Virus record (IMG/VR): IMGVR_UViG_3300045993_000425
Location: 102,844-166,843 of that record
Length of the DNA: 64,000 bases
Direction: 5' to 3' (one strand)
From: a virus
Shown here: piece after piece, positions 38,311-46,353 of the stretch
Layout of the letters: every line of letters starts with the position of its first letter
How positions within the stretch are numbered: position 1 is the stretch's first letter
Notes under the pieces: generated by a model
What the model was told of the DNA's origin: nothing
Database searches by the model: none
The model's input: only the letters and a program-made list of their open reading frames with translations
Position numbers and translations under genes: made by a program

Positions 38311-38314
38311 GATG

Positions 38315-38343
38315 TTGACCCCCGCACGGCTTTTTGATAGTAT
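38315..38343 (+). promoter_or_regulatory. early promoter TTGACC-N17-TAGTAT
   Basis: Matches the family consensus. Confidence 0.85.
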
Positions 38344-38383
38344 CTTTTCAGTTCGCAGGGCAGACCAACCGAAGGAGGGCACA

Positions 38384-38854
38384 ATGGCTGACTTCAAGGT
38401 GACCGCAGACGAGGCTCGCGACATCCTGGTGGGCGAAGTGGAAGACCTCTACCTCGATGTCCGCGAGGACCTCTTCTCCAAGGGTCGGTCTTGGGAGGAC
38501 GGGGAGGAGATCGCGGGGTTCCGCTACTCGGTCGTCGCGGAGCAGCGGAACGGCCGCCGGTACACCCACATCATCTCCTTCGCGACCGGGCACGACTGCG
38601 CCACCACCTCCCGCTGCGACGGGGAGTGCAGCATCCCCAAGGAGGAGCAGGGGCTCACCAAGAACCAGGCGAGGGCGAAGGCAGAGTACCTTCTCGCCCG
38701 CATCGAGGTCGCCCGCGCCGCTCGCTGCTGGGACGGTCCTTGGAAGAACAAGAACTGGGTGGAAACCCGCCCCTCCTACGGCTCTGAGGTCTACGCCAAC
38801 GAGGGATGGTCCGCCGAGGAAGCTCGCCTAGAGCAGGAGAGCGAGTTCGACTAG
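38384..38854 (+). CDS. hypothetical early protein (start revised to MADFKV)
   Basis: AAGGAGG RBS. Confidence 0.82.
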   Translation: MADFKVTADEARDILVGEVEDLYLDVREDLFSKGRSWEDGEEIAGFRYSVVAEQRNGRRYTHIISFATGHDCATTSRCDGECSIPKEEQGLTKNQARAKAEYLLARIEVARAARCWDGPWKNKNWVETRPSYGSEVYANEGWSAEEARLEQESEFD

Positions 38855-38868
38855 GCAGCAGGTTGATG

Positions 38869-38897
38869 TTGACAGCCGCGCGCAGCTTTGATAGTAT
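38869..38897 (+). promoter_or_regulatory. early promoter TTGACA-N17-TAGTAT
   Basis: Matches the family consensus. Confidence 0.85.
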
Positions 38898-38930
38898 CTC
38901 TCTTCAACGCAACGAACAAAGGAGAACACA

Positions 38931-40079
38931 ATGGCTGACTCGAAGCAGAAGATGGACGGGCGGCGGGCGACCTACTTCCGAGTGGAGTCGGACGACAAGT
39001 TCAGCGAGATCAAGCTGGTCGTCGACCGGAAGCACCCCCTCTTCGACGGGCGGGCTCTCCTCGCCCCGAACGAGGCTCTGGTGAACTCAATCGCCATCCA
39101 GGGGGTGCTGGAGCCCATCGAGGTCATCGAGGCCCCCCGCGAGCCGGGAAACCCCAAGCGGATCTACCACATCGTCTTCGGGAGGCAGCGTTTCAACGCA
39201 TGGAGGGTCGCCTGCGAGCAGCGCAAGGCAAAGGGGCTCGACAGCCTCTCCCTCCCCTGCCTCGTGTCGCATGGGCAGAGCAACGACGAGAAGGCCCCTC
39301 TGGAGGCGGTGGCGAAAATGGCTGCGGAGAATATCCGCACGGCTGACACGCCTGTCAACATGGCGCACAAAATCGCCGCTTTCCTGAACATCGAGGACGA
39401 CGAGCCCCGCGCCGCTGTCTCGTTCGGACTGACGGTCGCCGCAGTCCGCAACCACCTCGCCCTCTTGAAGCTGCCGGAGGAGATCCAGCAGAAGGTCGAG
39501 ACGGGCGAGATCGGCATCACCGCTGCTCTCATCCTGGGCAAGCTGGACAAGGAGCACCTCAAGGAGACGCTCGCGACCATCGAGCCATCGGTTCCTTGGG
39601 AGAACAGGGAGATCAAGGTCGCCAACCCGGCAGCCCCCACTCCGACCAAACTCAGCATCGCGGACGCCCACAAGGCTCTGCGGGCCTCCAAGGGCAAGAA
39701 GGAGAAGCCGCTCGGTCCCGCTCGCCGCGATGTCGAGAAGGTCCTCGACACCGTCATCGGGGCTCAGGACAACGAGTTCAACCTCGGTGTCCGAGCCGCC
39801 CTCCGCTACCTGACCGGCGAACTCCCCAGCGAGCGGCTGCTGGCGATGGTCAACGAGTCCCGGCAGGAGACGAAGTCCCGGCAGGAGACGAAGGCCTTCG
39901 AGGTCGGTCAGAAGGTTCGTCTCTCTCGCGAGTTCTTGGTGAAGAGCGGGCGGCAGCCCAGCCCCACCGTCTGGGAGGTCGTCTCAAGCCCTGCCTCGGG
40001 TCGGGTCGAGGTTCAGGAGGTGGGCACCGACAAGGTGACCCACCTGCCCATCGCCAACCTCGAGGCTGTCGCGTCATGA
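38931..40079 (+). CDS. ParB-like protein (ParB N-domain + HTH)
   Basis: LVNSIAIQGVLEPI...VFGRQRF.A...AEN.R...HTH...LLKLPEEIQQKV..GEI. Confidence 0.85.
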   Translation: MADSKQKMDGRRATYFRVESDDKFSEIKLVVDRKHPLFDGRALLAPNEALVNSIAIQGVLEPIEVIEAPREPGNPKRIYHIVFGRQRFNAWRVACEQRKAKGLDSLSLPCLVSHGQSNDEKAPLEAVAKMAAENIRTADTPVNMAHKIAAFLNIEDDEPRAAVSFGLTVAAVRNHLALLKLPEEIQQKVETGEIGITAALILGKLDKEHLKETLATIEPSVPWENREIKVANPAAPTPTKLSIADAHKALRASKGKKEKPLGPARRDVEKVLDTVIGAQDNEFNLGVRAALRYLTGELPSERLLAMVNESRQETKSRQETKAFEVGQKVRLSREFLVKSGRQPSPTVWEVVSSPASGRVEVQEVGTDKVTHLPIANLEAVAS

Positions 40080-40324
40080 TTCAGTTCAAGACGCTCGACC
40101 GCCCCGGTCAGTGCCAAGGCTGCGGGGCACACACCCAGGAGGACCTAGATCCAGACCTCCTGACGAAGAAGCTGTGCCTCCTGGGTCTGGGAGGCATCAA
40201 CAACGTCCCTGGCCGCCTCATCATCCTATGCGGAAGCTGCTGCACGCAGTTCAGGGCACATCTGTGGAAGTGGATCAAGTCTGAGGGGCAGGACATGATG
40301 TCGGTGGGTCTCCACAAGAAGTAG
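40076..40324 (+). CDS. small zinc-finger protein (MIQFKTL...)
   Basis: ATGA overlap; CQGC...CGSC. Confidence 0.65.
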   Translation: MIQFKTLDRPGQCQGCGAHTQEDLDPDLLTKKLCLLGLGGINNVPGRLIILCGSCCTQFRAHLWKWIKSEGQDMMSVGLHKK

Positions 40325-40359
40325 GACAAGACAGCCACTCTGTGGTAGAAGGAGGCGAG

Positions 40360-41346
40360 ATGGACACACTACTGTACTCTGGCGAGCCTCCTTGGCACAA
40401 CCTTGGATTCCGACTCGACCGGCCTATGGCTGTCGAAGAAGCCTTCCGCCTTACCCTCGACTGGAGGGTGATCGAGACTCCACTCTACTACGCCAACCCT
40501 GTGACAGGGGAGGCAGTCAAGGTCCACACCAGCAAGGCTCTGGTGCGTAGCAGCAACGGGAAGGACCTGGCGGTCGTCGGAGCCAGCTATTCGGTATTTC
40601 AGAACCAGGAGCATTGCAGCTTCCTCCAGCACCTTTTGGGTCCTGATGGGACGGTCGAGGAGGCTGGTGAACTAGCTGGAGGCAAGAAGATCTGGCTTCT
40701 GTGTCGGCTCAAGGGGCAGATCGAGGTCGGATCTGAGAGGCTCGACAAGTACGTCCTGAGCGTAACCAGCCACGATGGGTCGATGTCTCACTCGATCATC
40801 CCTCTGGTAATGCGGAGATCCTCCCAGAGTTGCTGGGAAGCCAACTTGTCCGGTCAACCTGATGTCAAAATCAGGCACACTAGCAGGATGGACCAGATGG
40901 TCATCGAGGCTGCGAAGACAGCCAGGCTGACCGACCAGCGATTCCAGCAGGTGGAAGCCGAATGCCACAAGCTGGCAGGAGACAGGTTCTCTACCAGCCA
41001 GATGGCGGAAATAGCTGACCGGCTGTTCCCTGAGACTCCTCTAATGAAGTCGGGCAAGATGGACCACCAGAATCTGCACATCTCTGACAGGAACCAGGCG
41101 GCCAGGGACGCTCTCCTGCACCTGTACAAGGATGGGCATGGGCAGCACCACCACCCAGGCAGCCGGTGGGCAGCTCTAGGAGCAGTGACTGAATACGCCT
41201 GCCACCACAGGCCTACCAGGGTAGCGAACGGAAGTCGGGACGAGAGAGCGGTACGAGACACAAGGCTGCAATCAGTCTGGTTCGGAGCCAGCAGGAAGCT
41301 AATCAGGAAGGCGCGAGAGCTAATCCAACCCAAGAGGACACCATGA
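40360..41346 (+). CDS. DUF932 / TIGR03299-like phage-plasmid protein
   Basis: PWHNLG, YSVFQN, AGELAGGKKIW, SHDGS, RHT, W.A...VTEY..H; AAGGAGG RBS. Confidence 0.85.
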   Translation: MDTLLYSGEPPWHNLGFRLDRPMAVEEAFRLTLDWRVIETPLYYANPVTGEAVKVHTSKALVRSSNGKDLAVVGASYSVFQNQEHCSFLQHLLGPDGTVEEAGELAGGKKIWLLCRLKGQIEVGSERLDKYVLSVTSHDGSMSHSIIPLVMRRSSQSCWEANLSGQPDVKIRHTSRMDQMVIEAAKTARLTDQRFQQVEAECHKLAGDRFSTSQMAEIADRLFPETPLMKSGKMDHQNLHISDRNQAARDALLHLYKDGHGQHHHPGSRWAALGAVTEYACHHRPTRVANGSRDERAVRDTRLQSVWFGASRKLIRKARELIQPKRTP

Positions 41347-41654
41347 AAACAGGCACAGGCACCGTGAGGCGATTCGTCGGAGACAATTCTGCTACCTTCA
41401 TCGGCATCGAGAGGGGGATCCAGGGTCCTCTGGGGGCGATGGATGTCCAGCCCAGCCTGAGAGGCAACGAGCACTACTGGTCGAGGGGATCCGCTTTCAT
41501 GCCTGCCCTTCCTGCCCTGGTAGACGACCTCCTCAAGCGGTACGGCACCAGAGAGGGTGACTACACCGACATGCAAGCCATCATCGGGCAGCCATGTCGT
41601 TTTGAGACGACAGAGTGCGGCCTACTAACCAGCCTGACTGTACTGGTGAACTAA
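41343..41654 (+). CDS. hypothetical protein (103 aa)
   Basis: GAGGA RBS, coupled to the upstream gene. Confidence 0.7.
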   Translation: MKTGTGTVRRFVGDNSATFIGIERGIQGPLGAMDVQPSLRGNEHYWSRGSAFMPALPALVDDLLKRYGTREGDYTDMQAIIGQPCRFETTECGLLTSLTVLVN

Positions 41655-41872
41655 TGACACTCATGTCAGCAGAGAAGGCTAGGAGGACGGTCTGCTCGCT
41701 TGCCGGTGGCGAAACCTGCCTGGTCGGATTCGATGAGTGGCTAGCTGTCGAGGACTTCGGCTGGTACGTTCGAGACATCCGAGAGCACATGCTCTCTCCA
41801 CAGAGGACTGTCACATTCGATGCACTAGAACATCACATCCCTGACGGTAGGGAGTACAACGTCAACAAGTAG
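41654..41872 (+). CDS. hypothetical protein (start revised to MTLMSA)
   Basis: TAATG coupling. Confidence 0.6.
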   Translation: MTLMSAEKARRTVCSLAGGETCLVGFDEWLAVEDFGWYVRDIREHMLSPQRTVTFDALEHHIPDGREYNVNK

Positions 41873-41905
41873 CACCCGAGGGCATCTCGTGCCAATCTAG
41901 GGTGG

Positions 41906-42658
41906 GTGCGGGATGCCTACCCATTCGAGCGATTCCGAGCTCTAGTTGAGCAGGCGCAAGACCTTGCCCCGAAGCACCAGTTGGGCGAGTGGAAACAACA
42001 AGATAGCTACCCAGCTACCGCCTTCGCGAACTGCAAGACCTGCGGCATGGGTGTGGTTGTAGACCTCGAGCCGCTAGCCCCCTACCTGGCGATAGACGGT
42101 GAGGCAATGCGCCGGGAGTGCATCAGCCAAGAGCAGCACCACCAGGACAGAATGCTGCATAAAAGGACGGTCAAGTTCGACAGGACTGGTCCGACCTGTG
42201 CCTTCTGTCTCAGGTTGCCCTCTGTCTCTGGTGGGTTCTGCTCCGACAGTTGCCGACACGAGGCCAGGCTCAGACTTAGCCCTCAATACGCCAGGAGCTG
42301 CTGCTTCGAGAGGGACCGAGGCATCTGTAGGAGGTGTGGCAAAGATACAGAGAGGCTTGCCAGGAGGCTAGCTACTCTCGCTCTGAGAAGAAGCAGAGCC
42401 TACTACAAGCTTAAGCAAGAGCTACTCGACCTGGGCTACCCTCCAGGCCGAATAGCTAGTGCCAGCCTCTGGGACTGCGACCACATCAGACCGGTACACC
42501 GCAAGGGTGGAGCCTGCGGCATGGACAACCTACAAACACTATGTATTCCCTGTCACCGTAGGAAGACCAGTGCTGACTTCAGACCTACAGTAAGACGAAG
42601 TCCTGGCTTTCTGGAGAGCCCTGAGTGCCTCGATGGCCTGAACGGCGATCTTGAATAG
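41906..42658 (+). CDS. HNH endonuclease with zinc fingers
   Basis: RDRGICRRC...DHIRPV..GG....NLQTLCIPCH..KT. Confidence 0.88.
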   Translation: MRDAYPFERFRALVEQAQDLAPKHQLGEWKQQDSYPATAFANCKTCGMGVVVDLEPLAPYLAIDGEAMRRECISQEQHHQDRMLHKRTVKFDRTGPTCAFCLRLPSVSGGFCSDSCRHEARLRLSPQYARSCCFERDRGICRRCGKDTERLARRLATLALRRSRAYYKLKQELLDLGYPPGRIASASLWDCDHIRPVHRKGGACGMDNLQTLCIPCHRRKTSADFRPTVRRSPGFLESPECLDGLNGDLE

Positions 42659-42805
42659 TTCCTGCTCTGCGTAGGAGCCTGGAACCCGACCTTCTGTGCA
42701 GATGATATCGCCACCCATGCCGTACTCAAGGTCCCACCAGACATCCTGAGTCATCCCACCCTGCCCGAGATTGCCGTACCAGCCAGCTAGAGGTCGGTCA
42801 GCCAT
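42539..42805 (-). CDS. hypothetical protein
   Basis: Coupled to the receiver-like gene; its 3' end overlaps the HNH gene. Confidence 0.45.
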   Translation of the reverse strand: MADRPLAGWYGNLGQGGMTQDVWWDLEYGMGGDIICTEGRVPGSYAEQELFKIAVQAIEALRALQKARTSSYCRSEVSTGLPTVTGNT

Positions 42806-43214
42806 TGACGGTAGCCTCAGGGACAGCGACAGGAAGAGAGGCTCCCACCTCGAAGGGCTGGTAGGCTGTCGGGATTTCCAGTTCGGTCAGAATGTCGACC
42901 ATTCGTCGGGCTCCAGCTGGGTTCATCGAGTGAATGACGGCAGCCTTCGGACGACGCTCTGGCTTCAGCCCAGTGATGAACATGCAGACATCAGTCCCTG
43001 TCAGTTCCACCCCACCGTAAGCACCAGCAAGAACTGACCTCTTTCCGAAGTCGTTGAGGTCGTGGTCGAGGTAGACGCAGTCGTAGACCTGTGCGCGAAT
43101 GGCATCGCAGGCCTCATCGTATGTCGAGACTGCATCGCACTTCTGGCCAGCCATCGCTGCCAACTGAAGGAACACCTCTGTGCGCTGCGGCGAATCATCG
43201 AGAAACAGAATCAT
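42798..43214 (-). CDS. stand-alone receiver-like protein (cyclic-phosphate-processing receiver type)
   Basis: ILFLDD...YLDHDL...TGTDVC...IHSMNPAGARRM. Confidence 0.85.
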   Translation of the reverse strand: MILFLDDSPQRTEVFLQLAAMAGQKCDAVSTYDEACDAIRAQVYDCVYLDHDLNDFGKRSVLAGAYGGVELTGTDVCMFITGLKPERRPKAAVIHSMNPAGARRMVDILTELEIPTAYQPFEVGASLPVAVPEATVNG

Positions 43215-43247
43215 GACGACCTCCTTGCACCTCTTCTAGCACTATCG

Positions 43248-43276
43248 TTGACAGGGCGCAAGGCTTCTGATAGTAT
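43248..43276 (+). promoter_or_regulatory. early promoter TTGACA-N17-TAGTAT (probably leaderless)
   Basis: ATG is 7 nt after the -10. Confidence 0.85.
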
Positions 43277-43283
43277 CTTTCAC

Positions 43284-43472
43284 ATGAACAAGATTCTGCG
43301 AGCGGGGACAGTCATCCAGATGGTCTACCCGGATGGCACGGTCGGATGCGAGACAATCTTGCGAAGGTCGGTGGAGGTCAAAGTCGTCTCCACCGGGAAG
43401 ACCTACGGGCTGTACCGCAGGAGCAACAGCACCGAGGACATCCTGGTTGTCAAAAAGGAGGGACGACGATGA
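43284..43472 (+). CDS. small hypothetical protein (MNKILRAG...)
   Basis: Directly after an early promoter. Confidence 0.65.
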   Translation: MNKILRAGTVIQMVYPDGTVGCETILRRSVEVKVVSTGKTYGLYRRSNSTEDILVVKKEGRR

Positions 43473-43840
43473 GGACGACTCTAGATACAAAAGAGAAGAT
43501 CGAAAGATATTGGCCTGGGTCGAGGCTGACCTTTCACGGCAAGATCTTGTCGGCTAGGACTGTCGGCTTCATGCCGCAACTGAAGGTCAACGGAGTCGCT
43601 GTCTTGCCCAGCTACTGGGTCTGGGACCTGCTGGTCAAGACATCCTCTGGGCAGTACCAGTGTTTCAGAGGCGATCCTTCCGACCCAACCACCGTGTTTT
43701 CATTCGGGGATTGCAGCCGTCGCCGCAAGGATGCGGAGCAAACGTATGAGAATATGCTCGACCTCGCTCACCCCATCCCGCCTAGTAGAGGCGGTGGATG
43801 GCTGCTCGATGGAGAGCAGCATGGTATCAAAACTCCTTGA
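43469..43840 (+). CDS. hypothetical protein (start revised to MRTTLD)
   Basis: AAGGAGG RBS, ATGA overlap. Confidence 0.7.
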   Translation: MRTTLDTKEKIERYWPGSRLTFHGKILSARTVGFMPQLKVNGVAVLPSYWVWDLLVKTSSGQYQCFRGDPSDPTTVFSFGDCSRRRKDAEQTYENMLDLAHPIPPSRGGGWLLDGEQHGIKTP

Positions 43841-43871
43841 CTCAGGGATGGGCGAGGAGTATAAGGAACCC

Positions 43872-44093
43872 ATGAACGCAACGATCAACATGGTGGTGGT
43901 GACCAAGATGACCTTGGCGGCGGGTACGAAGTACTCCGTCGAGGACACCGTCAACGACTGCCTCTCTGAGAAGATGACCCTTGCGGACGACGCGGATGTT
44001 GAAGCGGTCTGCAACACCGACTTCTTCCACCTCTACACGCTGGCAGGCAAGACCATCTTCGTCGCTGTCGAGGACGAGGTGGTTAGCCAGTAA
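43872..44093 (+). CDS. small hypothetical protein (MNATINM...)
   Basis: AAGGA RBS. Confidence 0.6.
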   Translation: MNATINMVVVTKMTLAAGTKYSVEDTVNDCLSEKMTLADDADVEAVCNTDFFHLYTLAGKTIFVAVEDEVVSQ

Positions 44094-45084
44094 CTACCGG
44101 AACATGGTCGAATCCGACCTGTCTGGCAGCCTCTAGGATGTGGTGCCCATCAACCACCTCATGGAGCACCTGCCCATCCCCCAAGTCGATCTTTCGAGTC
44201 CTGATGGGTCTTACCTTGCCTGGTGTCTCGACCAAGGCCTTCGCATCCCTGGCTACCTTCCACTGATCTGCTGGAAGGACAGCTACCCCAGACACTTGGT
44301 CAATCGGGACATGGATGAAGCCATCCTGAGACGGCTTCCAGGTCTTCATCGGCTTAGGCGCGTTTGGGTCTTCTAGATGACCAGCCTCAATGTATCTAGC
44401 CATCATCTGGGGACCTACAGCCTTATTGGCAGCGATCTTGTTTCTGCTGACCGCAAAAGCATACCTTGGCTTCCTGATAAACTCAAAGCCAGCCCCTCCA
44501 GCATACCTCTCGACCATGTCGTCGTCCATCACACCATCGCAATGACTCTGCTGGATCGGAACAGCGAATCCCCACCCCCTGTGAATCAATTTCTTGGGAT
44601 GATCTCCGGTCCCCGTGTTCTTCAGCTCCCAACCCCAAGGCTTAAGGTACTCAGCGAGATCCTCTGCTCGCATCCCCTTCTGGAGGGACTCGCTCTTGCC
44701 CATGTGGCGAAGGCGTGGCTCCTCTCCTCGAGGGACTCTCTTGAAGTTTCTCTGGAATGCTACTTCGTCGTGCTTCTCGCCAATCCAAGTGACTAGGCCC
44801 TCGGTAGTAAAGCCGAATCCTGGGATCAAGGTAGTGAGGGCGCAGCGGCAATGAGGGTGAAGGAGGCTCCAGCTAGGCCTATCAGTCCCCTTCTTGTGGT
44901 AGCCAGTCTCTACCTCGCTGGAGAGCCAGACTCGAGGTGTCACCCCATCTGGTAACATATGGATCGTCCTGCATTCGTCGCAGTTGTGATTGATTATTCC
45001 ATTTTCAGAGCGGTACACACCGCCCTCGACAGTTAGTTCAACAACCGTCGCCACCCTCTTCGACTTCTTCGTTAGGCGACCCAC
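44083..45084 (-). CDS. split-intein C-part + MuF C-terminal Zn motif + HicA-like + ParB-like domains
   Basis: GTG start; ...VELTVEG...NGIINHN|CDEC...HPHCRC; LKPWGW...GDH..L.H....VPI; VVDGHH..EAA...G...VPV. Confidence 0.82.
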   Translation of the reverse strand: MGRLTKKSKRVATVVELTVEGGVYRSENGIINHNCDECRTIHMLPDGVTPRVWLSSEVETGYHKKGTDRPSWSLLHPHCRCALTTLIPGFGFTTEGLVTWIGEKHDEVAFQRNFKRVPRGEEPRLRHMGKSESLQKGMRAEDLAEYLKPWGWELKNTGTGDHPKKLIHRGWGFAVPIQQSHCDGVMDDDMVERYAGGAGFEFIRKPRYAFAVSRNKIAANKAVGPQMMARYIEAGHLEDPNAPKPMKTWKPSQDGFIHVPIDQVSGVAVLPADQWKVARDAKALVETPGKVRPIRTRKIDLGDGQVLHEVVDGHHILEAARQVGFDHVPVVTG

Positions 45085-45824
45085 TTCTGAAACCCCCTTC
45101 CTTCTTCGATGAAGGCTCTGACTGTTGTCACAATGTCACTATCCTCAAACTGGTCCTTGCGGCACACTAGCCTGATTACCCGAAAGCCAGCCTTCCTGAG
45201 TCGTTGATCTCTGGCATAGTCGATCTTTGCCGTAACCGAACCTCCGCTCTTCTTAACAAGCCGGTCTCTCATATCGTGTCCAGAGCCGTCGTATTCAACA
45301 ACCACACCGTAGTCAGGAGCGTATTGTGCAACCACATATCTAGCGTAGAGGTCCCAGTCATGTACCTCCATTCCGTATCGCTCAAGGACTGCCGCCCGAC
45401 CTTCAGTTCTAATCAGAGTGACGATATCGTTAATATTACTACGCCAATACGACCAACTATCTGCGTGTCCACGCATAAACGATTTAGCCCTGAAAGAATG
45501 AGACAGTCGCTGTCTTTCTCCCTTACCAACCACCTCATCGGCAAATACCACATCATGAGACTCGTTGAGTAACCGAGCCTCGATGAAACAGTACGTCGGC
45601 CCAGCCTTGATCAGCACCGGATGATCTGGCGTGCAGCAAATCCTGCGTCCATTGTCGAACTCAAGGTCCAGCACTTCAGACTCTTTCTTTTCTGTATGCA
45701 AGACCTTGCGTCCTCGACCGACCCCAGGAGAACTAGGATTATCTAGAAGGTCTCCTTTGACCAACTCACCGACCGGTTTAGCCCCCTTCCTGAAAAGACA
45801 TACCTTTTCCGATTGTTCCAAGCA
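44983..45824 (-). mobile_element. split intein: IntN + Vsr/DUF559-like endonuclease (45072..45824) and a 34-aa IntC (44983..45084) in another frame
   Basis: DDRL|CLEQ...CTPDHP; VVEYDG.GH...D.ARDQ.L...G.RVIRL; IntC ends HN|C. Confidence 0.8.
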
Positions 45825-46352
45825 GAGCCGGTCGTCCTTGACCGGGATGAAGAACACTACCGGATCATCGACACCTAGTCCACTATTGATCTGGATGATC
45901 CCATCCCTGAGCCCCATCGTCTTGGCGTTCTCGTTGCTCGTGACGACGACTCTCTCTACGTTGCTCCTGATGGAGTCCCACAGCTCGTGCATTTCACTTT
46001 CACAAGTATTCTGGAACTCATTTGAGTCAATACGCCCACGATGTAGGTCTTGGAGGAGGGATTGGATGCTGTGCCTGGTCTTCGCCTTTGCCTCGCCTCG
46101 GTGCTTCTCGATGTATTGCCTGGCGATCTCAGCCACCCCACTGAGGAGGTCGGTATCCACCCTACCCCCTTCCGCCTCAGTCGCGCTAGCAAAGATTCCA
46201 GGGAGGCTGTAATCCTTGTGTGTCGTGATGAACAGGTTCCGACCCGTCAGCCCATGCCCCAGGAGGCGGGTGATCAGCGAGTCAAAGAGCAAGTCCACCT
46301 TCTGGTCAATGGTGCGACCAGCTGCGGCTGTCAGCTTAGGAAGCCTCGGCAC
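45072..46352 (-). CDS. MuF-like head morphogenesis protein N-part + intein N-part + endonuclease
   Basis: Directly downstream of the portal; VFFIPVKDDRL precedes the intein Cys. Confidence 0.8.
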   Translation of the reverse strand: MPRLPKLTAAAGRTIDQKVDLLFDSLITRLLGHGLTGRNLFITTHKDYSLPGIFASATEAEGGRVDTDLLSGVAEIARQYIEKHRGEAKAKTRHSIQSLLQDLHRGRIDSNEFQNTCESEMHELWDSIRSNVERVVVTSNENAKTMGLRDGIIQINSGLGVDDPVVFFIPVKDDRLCLEQSEKVCLFRKGAKPVGELVKGDLLDNPSSPGVGRGRKVLHTEKKESEVLDLEFDNGRRICCTPDHPVLIKAGPTYCFIEARLLNESHDVVFADEVVGKGERQRLSHSFRAKSFMRGHADSWSYWRSNINDIVTLIRTEGRAAVLERYGMEVHDWDLYARYVVAQYAPDYGVVVEYDGSGHDMRDRLVKKSGGSVTAKIDYARDQRLRKAGFRVIRLVCRKDQFEDSDIVTTVRAFIEEGRGFQKWVA

Positions 46353-46353
46353 A

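Noticed and set aside
39596-40075. 5' part of the 242-aa ORF 39596..40324
   Set aside because: Out-of-frame overlap with the ParB gene; only the part from ATG 40076 looks real
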